Of a stretch of 64,000 nucleotides of DNA, positions 28,875-38,936 are shown piece by piece (position 1 is the first letter of the stretch; every line of letters begins with the position of its first letter). The notes under the pieces were generated by a model that saw only the letters and a list, made by a program, of their open reading frames with translations, ran no database searches and had not been told where the DNA came from. Both the position numbers and the translations under genes were made by a program. The DNA comes from an uncultured bacterium (GTDB lineage: Bacteria > Patescibacteriota > Microgenomatia > Levybacterales > UBA12049). The DNA lies in NCBI GenBank assembly GCA_963826535.1, contig CAWGXL010000011.1, positions 320,809 to 384,808 of the forward strand. Reading direction: 5' to 3'.

Positions 28875-29594
28875 TTAAATAACTTGGTAATGCACAATGG
28901 TATTTCCCTCTTTTATTTCGATGTTCGGAATTGTAATTTTCCCGATTTCATTGGTTGAATGGACTTGGGTACCTCCATCTGCAACTGCGCCTATGGATTC
29001 TAACCGCAATGTTCTTAAGGGTTTATTGCTTGGTAGTCCGGGTTGTAGGTAGATAGCTTCTTTTTTTAAGTCATCAAGAGGTTGAAAGAGCCAGGAGAAT
29101 TTTAAATCTTTTATTATCAATTCATTTGCTTTGTCCTCAAGTTTTAGTTTTATATCTTCGCCTAAGGTCCCTTGATAAAGTATAAAAGGTTTTTTACCAT
29201 GATCTCCTTTTATGGGCATTAGGGATTTGGGAGAATAACCTATGACATACATGGCAAAATCTACTACATGACCTCCTGAATGTACCCGCATGTTTTTATA
29301 TCTTCTGTCCCAATTGATTTGCCCATGAACTTTATCTCCAGCTTTAGGAGCACCAGGAGAATTGAGATAGTGCCATATTTCTCCATTTTTCAGCATGACC
29401 ATATAGACTTCTGCCTTCCAGCTGTCATTTTCAAGAGTCCCTTGGTCGGTAGGTTGGCCTCCGCCCATGGGATAGAAGACAGTCTGGTCTAAAATTACTC
29501 TGTATTTATTTTCTGCTTCTAGGTGTACTTCTAAAACCGAAGCATCCATTTCCTTAAGGTAGGAGTCGTCGAGGTAAATTGGTTTTGTTTTCAT
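28875..29594 (-). CDS. AlaX-like stand-alone tRNA editing domain protein
   Basis: DQTVFYPMGGGQPTDQG, WDRRYKNMRVHSGGH. The second Zn motif is altered (DGGTQV). Confidence 0.8.
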   Translation of the reverse strand: MKTKPIYLDDSYLKEMDASVLEVHLEAENKYRVILDQTVFYPMGGGQPTDQGTLENDSWKAEVYMVMLKNGEIWHYLNSPGAPKAGDKVHGQINWDRRYKNMRVHSGGHVVDFAMYVIGYSPKSLMPIKGDHGKKPFILYQGTLGEDIKLKLEDKANELIIKDLKFSWLFQPLDDLKKEAIYLQPGLPSNKPLRTLRLESIGAVADGGTQVHSTNEIGKITIPNIEIKEGNTIVHYQVI

Positions 29595-29656
29595 AGTTTT
29601 ATTATATTATATATTAAGAAGTATATTTTCTTAAAATATGTCAGGATAAAAGAGTT

Positions 29657-30133
29657 TTATGCGTACTTTACTGTAAAAGCGTGGGTGAGGGCTATCGCAA
29701 GGGCGTCGGAGGTGTCGTCGGGTTTGGGGATGTTTGGGAGTTTTAGGAGGACTTTGACCATTTGGGCAACTTGGGATTTTTCTGCCCGGCCGTAGCCGGT
29801 GATGGCGATTTTTACCTGGAGAGGTGTGTAGATGGCTACAGGGATATTTTTTATCGCTGCCGCGAGCATGACAACTCCCCTTGCCTGCCCGACGATGAGA
29901 GCTGTTTTGGCGTTGGTGTTGAAAAAAAGTTCTTCGATAGAGAGGGCGTCAGGATGGTGCTCGTCAAGTAATTGGGTTAGAAAAGTAAAGATTTGCTCAA
30001 GGCGCTTGGGTGTTTCTTCTCCTGTCTGAGTTTCCAAACATCCGTATTGAACAGCGGTGACTATACTGTTCTTTTTTTCGATTATCCCCCACCCTGTTCT
30101 GCCAATGCCCGGATCAATACCAATAATGCGCAT
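29657..30133 (-). CDS. ruvC: Holliday junction resolvase RuvC
   Basis: MRIIGIDPG, IEELFF, QARGV, YGRAEKSQV, PDDTSDALAIA. Start reset to ATG 30133. Confidence 0.96.
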   Translation of the reverse strand: MRIIGIDPGIGRTGWGIIEKKNSIVTAVQYGCLETQTGEETPKRLEQIFTFLTQLLDEHHPDALSIEELFFNTNAKTALIVGQARGVVMLAAAIKNIPVAIYTPLQVKIAITGYGRAEKSQVAQMVKVLLKLPNIPKPDDTSDALAIALTHAFTVKYA

Positions 30134-30172
30134 CCTTGTGTTATTATACAGGTTAGTATAAAATAGAAAATT

Positions 30173-30871
30173 ATGAAACACCCTGTACTTAATGCTGAGG
30201 CGAGAACACTTTTGGGTAAGAAAGTTAAGAAACTTCGAAGAGAGGGGCTGTTGCCGGCAAATGTGTATGGTAAAGGTCTTTCTTCCAAGTCGCTTCAGGT
30301 TAAGATTGCTGATTTTCAGATAGTTTATAAACAAGTCGGCGAAACAGGATTAGTAGAGCTTAAGGCTGATGGGCAAACTCACCCTGTGCTTATCAAGAAT
30401 TTACAAATGGATTATTCTACAAATACTCCGTTGCACGCAGATTTTTACCAAGTAAATCTTAAAGAGAAGGTCAAGACTATGGTACCAGTGGAACTCGTGG
30501 GCGAAGCGAAGGCGGTCACTGAAAAAATTGGGGTTTTGTTACAAACTCTATCTGAAGTTGAAGTCGAGGCTCTGCCTGACAGGATTCCTGAACATATTGA
30601 GGCAAATGTGGAGATGCTAGCCGAGATCGGCGCCGGAATTACTGTTGGAGAATTAAAGATTGAAGAGGGTGTTGTAATTTTGACTGATGCAGGAGTTACA
30701 ATCGCGCGTATCGCAGAGCTTGCTAAAGAGGAGCCTGTTGAAGTCGTTAAGGAAGAGCCTGTAGAGGGCGAAGTTCCGGAAGAAGGGGCTACTCCCGACG
30801 CTACACCAACGGATAAAGCAGGAGAGAAAACAGAAAAACCGGAAAAACCACAAGAGAAACAAGGAAAATAG
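30173..30871 (+). CDS. rplY: 50S ribosomal protein bL25 (Ctc, long form)
   Basis: LRREGLLPANVYG, HADFY, VPVELVGEA, VEALP, acidic tail. Confidence 0.93.
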   Translation: MKHPVLNAEARTLLGKKVKKLRREGLLPANVYGKGLSSKSLQVKIADFQIVYKQVGETGLVELKADGQTHPVLIKNLQMDYSTNTPLHADFYQVNLKEKVKTMVPVELVGEAKAVTEKIGVLLQTLSEVEVEALPDRIPEHIEANVEMLAEIGAGITVGELKIEEGVVILTDAGVTIARIAELAKEEPVEVVKEEPVEGEVPEEGATPDATPTDKAGEKTEKPEKPQEKQGK

Positions 30872-30875
30872 CTGG

Positions 30876-31313
30876 TTAATAATGCTCGCGTCGTATATGT
30901 TCTCCTAATACTCTCCCCTGTTCCGCATTAGGATTAAGACTCAATGCTTTATCTAAAAAGGCATTGGCCGAATGCGAATTGCCAAGGGCGTATTCTAATG
31001 AGGCAATTTTGAGATATATGTCAGGATAATTATTGTAATTTCCTGCAAGTTTTTTCCAATAGATTACTTCTTTTTCGATATTATTTCTTTCTAAAGTAAT
31101 TTTTTTCAAATACTCGCGGTTCTTTAGCAAAATCAAGCCTTGACTTATTGTTATGCTAAGCAGAGATATTGACAACAAGCAGATTATAATTATTTTAACT
31201 TCGGGAATAAATCGGAAAATGCTTGGGAATTGTAGATTATTTTGATTTTCGCCGAGGGAAAATACCTTAGTTTTTACTTTGGTTAATTTAATGTTGGGCA
31301 GTGAAATGGGCAT
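30876..31313 (-). CDS. Single-TM protein with C-terminal TPR-like repeat
   Basis: One TM segment; YPDIYLKIASLEYALG...LDKALSLNPN. Start uncertain. Confidence 0.55.
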   Translation of the reverse strand: MPISLPNIKLTKVKTKVFSLGENQNNLQFPSIFRFIPEVKIIIICLLSISLLSITISQGLILLKNREYLKKITLERNNIEKEVIYWKKLAGNYNNYPDIYLKIASLEYALGNSHSANAFLDKALSLNPNAEQGRVLGEHIRREHY

Positions 31314-31374
31314 ACTAGACAATTTTCAATTTACTCCCGATTTAATCGGGATTCAATGAATTTTCATTAATTAC

Positions 31375-33660
31375 TTATTTGCTTGGCCATGGTTCTATCA
31401 TAATAGATTTTTTGTTATTTGCAAGTTTTTGATAGATTTCTTCGGTGATAAAGGGCATGAAAGGATGCAATAGTTTTAAACAAGTAGTAAAAACGTACAT
31501 TAAAGTTGAAAGGGAAATATCTTTATCTTCTCTAGATTTTACATGCTCAATATATTTATCTGCTAATTCATGCCACATAAATTGGTAGATTGCCTCTCCG
31601 GCGTCTGCAAATCGGAATTTTCCCAGTTCGCGATCAACTCTATTTATAAGAGTATTCAGTTGTTTAAGTATCTCTTTGTCTTCCTTTAAGAGCTTCTTTT
31701 TATCTATTTTTTTAAAATCAGGAGCTTCTCTCCCCCATTGCTCAACCATCATTAATATAAATCTTGCCATATTCCAGATCTTATTCGCGAAATGTTTATA
31801 GGCAATTACTCTGTCCCGGGGGAAATTAAAGTCTTTGCCATTGGCTGTCCCGGCAATAAGTCCCATCCTAAGGGCATCGACTCCATATTGCTCAATATAC
31901 TCTTCGGGGTTAATTACATTTCCAAGACTTTTACTCATTTTTCTTCCGTCTAATGCGCGGACAATACCATGGAGATAAACATGTTCAAACGGCGGCTTAC
32001 CTGTAAGATAAAACCCGAACATGATCATACGCGATACCCATAATCTAATAATCTCCCATCCTGTTTCCATTACTGACGTGGGGTAGAAATATTTAAAGTC
32101 TTTAGAACTCGGATATCCGAGAGTTACAAGAGGCCATTGACCGGAGGAAAACCAGGTGTCGAATATATCTGTTTCTTGGATGTATTGTTTATCTTCATCC
32201 CCTTGTACAGTTGGATCATTGGACGCAACGATATATGATGAAACCGCTTTTCTCTTATCCCAAATTGTCGTTACTTGTTGCAAACCTGCTTTTATATCCT
32301 CAAGAGAGGAGCCTTCCTTTAAAAAATTCTGGATATTTCCTCGCTGAAGTTGATTATTTTTATCTAACCAAACAACCCAAATATTTAACACATCTTTCTC
32401 AATTTTATACCAAACAGGAATCCGTATACCCCACACATTTTGCCGTGAAATCGGCCAATCTCTCATCTCTTCCATCCATCGCAAATAGGTTATTTCACGC
32501 CACTTGGGAAAGATTTTAATTTTTCCTGTTTTAACCGCATCATAGGCAGGTTTTTTAAATGATTTATGCTGCGTGTCAACTTTTATAAACCAGTTCGGCA
32601 TAATCATCGACTCTATATCATGTCCGGCTTTACAAAGAGAAATTGAATGAATATATTTTTCATCCACTTTTTCGATCATTCCTTTTTGTTCCAATTCTTC
32701 AACTGCCTTTTTCCGTGCTTCTTGAATGCTCAATCCCTGATATCTGCCTTTCATTTTCCCGTTCAACTCCAACACTTCGTTTATGGGCAGCTTATGCTTC
32801 AGAGCAACTTCATAATCTTTTTTGTCAACGGCAGGGGTAAGTTTTACAATTCCTGTGCCAAATTTTGGATCAACAAATTCATCTCCTATTATTTCCATTT
32901 CTGCTCCTGTCAGCGGATTGAAAACTTTCTCACCGATAAGTTCTCTGTGGATTTTATCTTTGGGGTTAACCGCCAGATGAGTATCTTCAGCAATAGGCTC
33001 GGGCCTCACCGTCGCGATAGAAATATATTGCTGGCCGTGTTCCTTATGGACACGTTCATATTTTATGTAATACAAGGGGTCTTTTCTTTCATCATGGTTT
33101 ATCTCAACATCCGCATATGTTGTTCCGCATTTGGGGCAATAATTAACCATATAGTTATCACGATATACTAATTTATCCTTATGCATTTTTTTAAATGTAT
33201 CCTGGACTGTAAGTACGACATCGGGATCTAATGTAAATTTATATCGGCTCCAATCAACGCTTGCGCCCATTTGCCGCATTTGTGATTCGATCATATGTCT
33301 ATTATCTTGAACGAACTGCCAAATTTCATCATACAGCTGCTTTCTTGTATACTGGAAACGCGACTTGCCTTGTTTTTTTAGTTCCTTTTCGAAGGTAATT
33401 TGTGTTTCTGTTCCCGCATGATCTGTTCCAGGTACCCAGAGAGTGGGTTCGCCTTTCATGCGATGCCAACGGATAAGCAGATCTTCAATGGCAATCATGA
33501 GGACATTGCCTGTGTGCATTTTACCGCTAGCGTTTGGTGGAGGAAGGAGAATTGTAAATGGTTTTTTTTTGGGATCTATTTTTGGCTTGAAGTAACCTTT
33601 TTCTTCCCACATCTGATAGGTTTTTTCTTCTACTTCCAGGTGATTGTAGACTTTATCCAT
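31375..33660 (-). CDS. valS: Valyl-tRNA synthetase
   Basis: PPPNASG.MHTGN, GTDHAG, DWPISRQ..WG, DTWFSS, KMSKS. Start reset to MDKVY. Confidence 0.95.
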   Translation of the reverse strand: MDKVYNHLEVEEKTYQMWEEKGYFKPKIDPKKKPFTILLPPPNASGKMHTGNVLMIAIEDLLIRWHRMKGEPTLWVPGTDHAGTETQITFEKELKKQGKSRFQYTRKQLYDEIWQFVQDNRHMIESQMRQMGASVDWSRYKFTLDPDVVLTVQDTFKKMHKDKLVYRDNYMVNYCPKCGTTYADVEINHDERKDPLYYIKYERVHKEHGQQYISIATVRPEPIAEDTHLAVNPKDKIHRELIGEKVFNPLTGAEMEIIGDEFVDPKFGTGIVKLTPAVDKKDYEVALKHKLPINEVLELNGKMKGRYQGLSIQEARKKAVEELEQKGMIEKVDEKYIHSISLCKAGHDIESMIMPNWFIKVDTQHKSFKKPAYDAVKTGKIKIFPKWREITYLRWMEEMRDWPISRQNVWGIRIPVWYKIEKDVLNIWVVWLDKNNQLQRGNIQNFLKEGSSLEDIKAGLQQVTTIWDKRKAVSSYIVASNDPTVQGDEDKQYIQETDIFDTWFSSGQWPLVTLGYPSSKDFKYFYPTSVMETGWEIIRLWVSRMIMFGFYLTGKPPFEHVYLHGIVRALDGRKMSKSLGNVINPEEYIEQYGVDALRMGLIAGTANGKDFNFPRDRVIAYKHFANKIWNMARFILMMVEQWGREAPDFKKIDKKKLLKEDKEILKQLNTLINRVDRELGKFRFADAGEAIYQFMWHELADKYIEHVKSREDKDISLSTLMYVFTTCLKLLHPFMPFITEEIYQKLANNKKSIMIEPWPSK

Positions 33661-33796
33661 GAGGGAATTGTAGCATAAAATTAAAATATCAGGCAATAAA
33701 CATTAGTGGCGCATTCAATGTCAGCGCAACTAATGGCATAAACAATCACTGTAATTTCACTATAGCGGCGTGAGTTGATTTAACACAGGAGATTTA

Positions 33797-34246
33797 TTAT
33801 TGCTGGCTACCAGGTTGTGCTAGTTGCTGCGCTCTTATCGTTTGTTGCACTTTTTCCCAATTCGCGGCCTTCTGTACATAAACCTCTGCTTCTTTGGGAT
33901 CTGAGCTTGCATGGTACAATGCATGATCATGATAATTTCTAATCGTAGTGGAGCAGAACAACATTTTCCCATAAGACCCGCCTTCCTGCATTCGTTTAAG
34001 CTCTAAGACTTGATGTAATTGCCTAGAGCCAGCACCCTCCCAATGAAAAACCTGATCTTTATTTATCTGGGATGTAGAATGTTCAACAAGATTGTCGATT
34101 GCAATGGTTACGTCTTCAGGCTTGCCATTACCACTATCTATTCTCTGTATTGCTTCGACCATGGGTCTTAACGTCGGCTCTGTCTTCTCAGATCTAACAC
34201 TCTCTGGGTTTGAAGATAGTGGCATCTCTTTTCCTCTTTCGTCCAT
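33797..34246 (-). CDS. Hypothetical protein
   Basis: 149-aa ORF with a GGAGGTG SD upstream; no recognised motif. Confidence 0.6.
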   Translation of the reverse strand: MDERGKEMPLSSNPESVRSEKTEPTLRPMVEAIQRIDSGNGKPEDVTIAIDNLVEHSTSQINKDQVFHWEGAGSRQLHQVLELKRMQEGGSYGKMLFCSTTIRNYHDHALYHASSDPKEAEVYVQKAANWEKVQQTIRAQQLAQPGSQQ

Positions 34247-34309
34247 ATTTTCACCTCCTATAAATATAGTAATTTTATTTCTATTACATCAAATATATAT
34301 TTTCATAAC

Positions 34310-34948
34310 CTAAAAGTCAATATTAAGCTTTTCTGAGGCGAGGCGGCGGGATTCTTGGCGAAAAAAGTCTTTTACTTCTTCCCATTTGACCGGCAGGAGC
34401 ATTTCCGGCATGTCATCATCTTCCGCATCGGCAAAATAGCTTAATCCTTTAATAAGTTGATACAATTTGTCATCCAGAGATCCATATTTTTCTTCGTAAA
34501 AATTAAACATCTGATCAATAGTAAATTCTTTCGCCAACATGAAAACATCAATAAAATCTCTTTTAACTCCCCTGTCGCTTATTGCATGTATTTTCATTGC
34601 GGCAATGTCTTTTTTGCCAATAAGATTAATGCCTTCGAAGGTTATAAGGGGGTCAATAATTTTATATTTATAATAAAAAATGCTGAAGCGAGTTTTGCTA
34701 ATCCGTCCTAAAACGGATGCCCAGGCTCTTTGGTCTTCTTGAAATAAGGACAATTGTGAGAGTTCTGTGGCTACCAAGTTTTCATCAAATTTTTCTTTTG
34801 TAAAAAAATCCAAATCGACTGACATTCTGTGTCCTAATTGCAGAGCAAGAGCTGTTCCTCCTGCAAGATAAGCTCGCTGCACTGTCGGTATGGTTGCTGC
34901 TAATTTGATAGCCCAAAGGGTATCCGGGAGTAAGGTTTTTGTAAACAT
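34310..34948 (-). CDS. AbiEii-family nucleotidyltransferase toxin (type IV TA)
   Basis: YLAGGTALALQLGHRMSVDLDFF, IAAMKIHAISDRG..RDFIDV. Confidence 0.88.
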   Translation of the reverse strand: MFTKTLLPDTLWAIKLAATIPTVQRAYLAGGTALALQLGHRMSVDLDFFTKEKFDENLVATELSQLSLFQEDQRAWASVLGRISKTRFSIFYYKYKIIDPLITFEGINLIGKKDIAAMKIHAISDRGVKRDFIDVFMLAKEFTIDQMFNFYEEKYGSLDDKLYQLIKGLSYFADAEDDDMPEMLLPVKWEEVKDFFRQESRRLASEKLNIDF

Positions 34949-35214
34949 GGCACTTCCTTGGGATTAATATCTAGAATATGCGCCCAAAAATTCGCTGTTT
35001 TTCTGGATATATCCCTTGATGTCAAGATGAGTTCCCGTATGTCATCCAGGCTAAATATTGTGAGCGCCCAGCGTAAGCTTTGAGTATCCCCTCGATCAAT
35101 CACCCGCTTGAGAATAAATCTTGGATTTTTTTGTAGATCCAATTTATCAAATGGCACATCCCAAAAATAAGGCTGCAAAAATTCTGGGAGCGTTGTTTTT
35201 TTATTTTGCTTCAT
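34900..35214 (-). CDS. Putative antitoxin partner (DUF6922-like)
   Basis: PYFWDV...FILKRVIDRGD...FW; overlaps the AbiEii gene. Confidence 0.7.
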   Translation of the reverse strand: MKQNKKTTLPEFLQPYFWDVPFDKLDLQKNPRFILKRVIDRGDTQSLRWALTIFSLDDIRELILTSRDISRKTANFWAHILDINPKEVPCLQKPYSRIPFGLSN

Positions 35215-35235
35215 ATATATACTCAAGTTACGAAA

Positions 35236-35287
35236 AAGGAAGAAATTAATTCTAACTTCTGGATTCCCGCCTCCGCGGGAATGACAA
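35236..35287 (+). repeat. 52-bp dispersed element with GC hairpin, copy 2
   Basis: Contains ATTCCC-GCCTCCGC-GGGAAT; 46/52 identical to 23910-23961. Confidence 0.8.
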
Positions 35288-35333
35288 CTACGTAAATCCT
35301 ATTATCTATTATGACATATTTTTTGCTAAAATT

Positions 35334-36641
35334 CTATTCTTTAATAGCGGAAAGCTTGTAGCCCCGGGTGCGGACGGTGACTATTTCGTAGGGGCTGGCT
35401 TGCTGTTTTAGTTTTACTCGCACGCGGGCTACCAGTCTATCGATCGCCCAGTCGGAAATGCCTAATTCTTTGTATTCAGGCCATACTGTTTCAATGATCT
35501 CTTCTCTTTCGCAGATATTGCCAATATGGGATTCTAAGAGCGTGAAGAGCAGATGTTCTTTTTTAGTTAAATGGATGGTGTGTCCATTTTTGTTTTCTTC
35601 TTTTTCTCTTCCTTCAAGGTAAACGGCAAAAAGCGGGCTAAAGAGTAAGTCTTTGTTGTTTTCAACTTTTATAAAGCCTGTGTCCCATAAATATATATTT
35701 TTTTCTTTATCAACGGAGGCAATTTTTTCTTTTTTGTTTAAACTGGCAAGAAGTTTCTTCTCATCTTTTGTTAGGCTTTCCCATAATTCTTCCGATTGAA
35801 GGGTAATTCGCTCATCATGAACGAGGGTGTGAAAAAGTTCTTCGCTTGTGGTTGTTCCATTTATTTTTTTCTCATTGAGAATAATTAAGGCTAACTGCAA
35901 GTATTGTACGTTGCCATTTACCAAATTAAATAATGCTTCTTCAACTGTTGGATTAAGTAGTAAATTGTACCGTTGATTATAGGATTCATAGATTATTCGC
36001 ATATCTTTATCTATTGCAGGGCGCAAGTAAATAGTTTGTGTAAAAACAGAAAGGGAGGTTTTGGCTGCCGGGAAGATACTGTTCAAACTTCTGAAGCTTG
36101 TAAATACATAGGTTAATTCCTCATGGGTTGCATCACGCAAGCCTTGGAGATTGTTGAAAAAAGATGGAGTAAAAACTGCTGATATCCGGTCAAACCTGAT
36201 AATGAACAATGTAGGGAGCAGGCCCGCACCCACAATTAATAGCAGTGCTTGCCTAACATTATCTATGAGCATGAATAAATCTTGCGATTGAATACTATTT
36301 AGAAATAATGAGCCAATTTTATTTTTTGTAGCTTGGGGAAGTTTAGATTTCTCTACTTCGTCAACTATGCGCTTGAGAGTTAAAGTCCAGAATGGATATA
36401 TATCGAGTTCGATAAGGTCATTCAGATCAATTGGAATAAATAAATGCTCACGATTGTCGCCAATATAGGTTTTAATAATATCTTTATGGAAGAGAAAGAA
36501 CCTGAGGAAATTACTGATACCTATGCGTTTCATGCCAACGATATTTACGCTTTGGCGACGTCTTAATTGTGCTCCCAGTTCGCCCGCTTCTTTTTCACGA
36601 AAATTAAACGGGTACTCTGTTTCGAATATTGCAGGGATCAT
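35334..36641 (-). CDS. Degenerate P-loop (STAND-like) domain plus OmpR-type winged-helix regulator
   Basis: FREKE...GMKRIGIS; C-terminal LTKKEH..REEIIETVW..DRLVARVRVKL..TVRTRGY. Confidence 0.7.
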   Translation of the reverse strand: MIPAIFETEYPFNFREKEAGELGAQLRRRQSVNIVGMKRIGISNFLRFFLFHKDIIKTYIGDNREHLFIPIDLNDLIELDIYPFWTLTLKRIVDEVEKSKLPQATKNKIGSLFLNSIQSQDLFMLIDNVRQALLLIVGAGLLPTLFIIRFDRISAVFTPSFFNNLQGLRDATHEELTYVFTSFRSLNSIFPAAKTSLSVFTQTIYLRPAIDKDMRIIYESYNQRYNLLLNPTVEEALFNLVNGNVQYLQLALIILNEKKINGTTTSEELFHTLVHDERITLQSEELWESLTKDEKKLLASLNKKEKIASVDKEKNIYLWDTGFIKVENNKDLLFSPLFAVYLEGREKEENKNGHTIHLTKKEHLLFTLLESHIGNICEREEIIETVWPEYKELGISDWAIDRLVARVRVKLKQQASPYEIVTVRTRGYKLSAIKE

Positions 36642-36685
36642 GTGGTAATTATACTCGAACTTCCAGTTAAGAATCAAATGCCGGA

Positions 36686-37594
36686 TCAGAATTTCCATGC
36701 AAGCTCTTTTTTAATTTCTTTGACGGCATTTTCGTATTGGGCTTTTGAGAGTTGATTATTTAATATACAATATTTTTTGTTTTTTAAACCTACGCAGCCG
36801 AAGCAATCGGAGCAGTTTAAGAGTTTTGTACTATAGTGACAATTCGTACAACCTTCACTATAGTTTAGGAATGCGCAATCGTAGCAAGATTCTGTAAATA
36901 TATTCTCATAACACCGCTGTGAAAAAGTATTTCCCACTGGGTTTCCTCCAGATTGTTCTAAGTCCCAACAATTCTTTGCTCTTGTTGAATCAAAAACATA
37001 GCCGGAATTTTCAAAATTTAATACACTAAAAACCCAATAACAATTTTTTGTATTATAAATGTTATTGCCATAAGGACAATTTTCTGAATTAGATTGGTTA
37101 TTTGCATTGTGTGGTATTGTTTTTTTGAGTTCAATCATTTGGGCAAGGATATTTTCAGATTTATCTTTTTTTAACTCCTCTATCTTTTTGAAATATTCTT
37201 CTTTTGTGTACTGTTTGTTGAAAATACAATATTTTTTGTGAGTCAATGCCACGCATCCAAAACAGTCGCTACATGAGTTTAAAAAGGCGGAAAAATGACA
37301 ATCGGTATTGCTATTGCAATCAATTAAAAAAGTACAACTATGACACTTAGTGCTATTTAAACTTTCATAGCATTTTTCAGATTCATACATTCCATAACAA
37401 TCTGCGATCGTTTTGTTATATTGCCCAAAGTTTGTATACATATTATTTTCAAGATAATATGAATCGAAAGAATAATAGCAATTCTTGCATCTTTCGAGAT
37501 AATCCGTATATTCGCAGTCAACGCATGTGATGGCAACAATAGCAGGAACGGGAATTGATTTTTTTAGAAGCTCGTATTTCTCAAGAAAGATCAT
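36686..37594 (-). CDS. Cysteine-rich repeat protein
   Basis: Two repeats ending CSDCFGCV.L..KKYCI.N.Q..K..Y. Start set at MIFLE to avoid overlap with pgk. Confidence 0.7.
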   Translation of the reverse strand: MIFLEKYELLKKSIPVPAIVAITCVDCEYTDYLERCKNCYYSFDSYYLENNMYTNFGQYNKTIADCYGMYESEKCYESLNSTKCHSCTFLIDCNSNTDCHFSAFLNSCSDCFGCVALTHKKYCIFNKQYTKEEYFKKIEELKKDKSENILAQMIELKKTIPHNANNQSNSENCPYGNNIYNTKNCYWVFSVLNFENSGYVFDSTRAKNCWDLEQSGGNPVGNTFSQRCYENIFTESCYDCAFLNYSEGCTNCHYSTKLLNCSDCFGCVGLKNKKYCILNNQLSKAQYENAVKEIKKELAWKF

Positions 37595-37673
37595 TTGTCT
37601 TATTATATCAAGAAAGGTCAAAAACTGCTGCGAAATTGAGTTTGTTTGGTATATACTAAATTGTTGGGGGTTT

Positions 37674-38873
37674 ATGAAATTTATTGGAGACGCAGACATC
37701 AGGGAGAAGCGGGTATTATTGCGGGTTGATTTTAATGTGCCACTTAAATCCGATGGAAGTATTGCGGATGATTCGCGGATCCGGGAGACAGTTCAGACGA
37801 TTAAATATCTACTGGAGCGGCAAAATAAAGTTATTATTGTTTCCCATTTAGGACGGCCTGAGGAAAGAAATTTTCATGATTCATTAGTCGAGTTCATGGC
37901 ATTGTCCTTAGAAAAAGTTGGGCGCAGACTTCACGCTTATTTACCGGATTATCATGGACATTTTGTTCCTGATTTCCTGAAAGATACTCATATCCTGGAA
38001 CAACTAAAACCACGTGAATTTGCGGTTTTGGAGAATATTCGTTTTTATCCGGGAGAAGTAACTAACGACCGCGAGTTTGCTTTGCAACTGGCAAAACTCG
38101 CAGACGTGTACGTTAATGACGCTTTTGCAGTCAGCCATAGAGAGGCAGCGTCTGTTGTAGGTATAACAAAGTACTTACCTTCTTACGGAGGATTTTTAAT
38201 GAAAAAAGAAATTACTATGCTTAGCAAGGTTACGGAAAATCCATTGAAACCATTTGTGGCAATTCTTGGGGGCAAGAAGATATCGACAAAGATAAAGTTT
38301 ATCAGTAAACTTACCAGGCTTGCTGATTATGTGCTTTTGTCAGGAGGGCTGGCTAATACTTTTTTAAAAGCACGGAGTGTTGAGATTGGAAAAAGTCTTT
38401 ATAGAAAGGAAGAAATGGGTCAAGTGAATTATTTGACTTCAGTAGCTCAGCGTCATGGAACAAAAATTGTCCTGCCGGAAGATGCGATCGTTGGCTCGAG
38501 CCCGGATAGCAACAGCAGTCAAGTGAAGTTAATTGGGAAACTTAGAAAATTTGATCAGATTCTTGATATCGGACCAAAAACTCAGGCTGCATATGAAACG
38601 ATCATAATCCGCGCAAAAACCATTATTTGGAATGGGCCTGTGGGGTATTTTGAGAATCCACTTTTTAGGCGAGGCAGTGATTTTATTTATTATGCTATTG
38701 AACAGAATCCACAAGCCGTATCTATCATTGGCGGTGGGGATACTTTGGCGGCTATTGCAAATAAGGAGAATTTGGATAAAATAACTCATATTTCTACAGG
38801 AGGAGGAGCTATGCTGGCTTTTATTGAACATGGGACGCTGGTGGGAATTGAAGCGTTGAAGAAATCCCAATAA
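37674..38873 (+). CDS. pgk: Phosphoglycerate kinase
   Basis: RVDFNVP, SHLGRP, LENIRF, NDAF, DIGPKT, WNGPVG, STGGGA. Confidence 0.95.
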   Translation: MKFIGDADIREKRVLLRVDFNVPLKSDGSIADDSRIRETVQTIKYLLERQNKVIIVSHLGRPEERNFHDSLVEFMALSLEKVGRRLHAYLPDYHGHFVPDFLKDTHILEQLKPREFAVLENIRFYPGEVTNDREFALQLAKLADVYVNDAFAVSHREAASVVGITKYLPSYGGFLMKKEITMLSKVTENPLKPFVAILGGKKISTKIKFISKLTRLADYVLLSGGLANTFLKARSVEIGKSLYRKEEMGQVNYLTSVAQRHGTKIVLPEDAIVGSSPDSNSSQVKLIGKLRKFDQILDIGPKTQAAYETIIIRAKTIIWNGPVGYFENPLFRRGSDFIYYAIEQNPQAVSIIGGGDTLAAIANKENLDKITHISTGGGAMLAFIEHGTLVGIEALKKSQ

Positions 38874-38936
38874 ACTAGTGTCAGGTTTTTGTCTGTTAGT
38901 CAAGCAATAGGTTGTGCATTCTTATATAAATTGCCT

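Noticed and set aside
33701-33796. T-box riboswitch upstream of valS
   Set aside because: Only a short hairpin (cattagt...actaatg) is present, with no T-box motif, and valS appears leaderless.
29657-38873. Long N-terminal extensions of ruvC, pgk, valS and the Cys-rich gene in the ORF track
   Set aside because: They overlap divergent genes or promoters. Family motifs and -10 boxes support the downstream starts.
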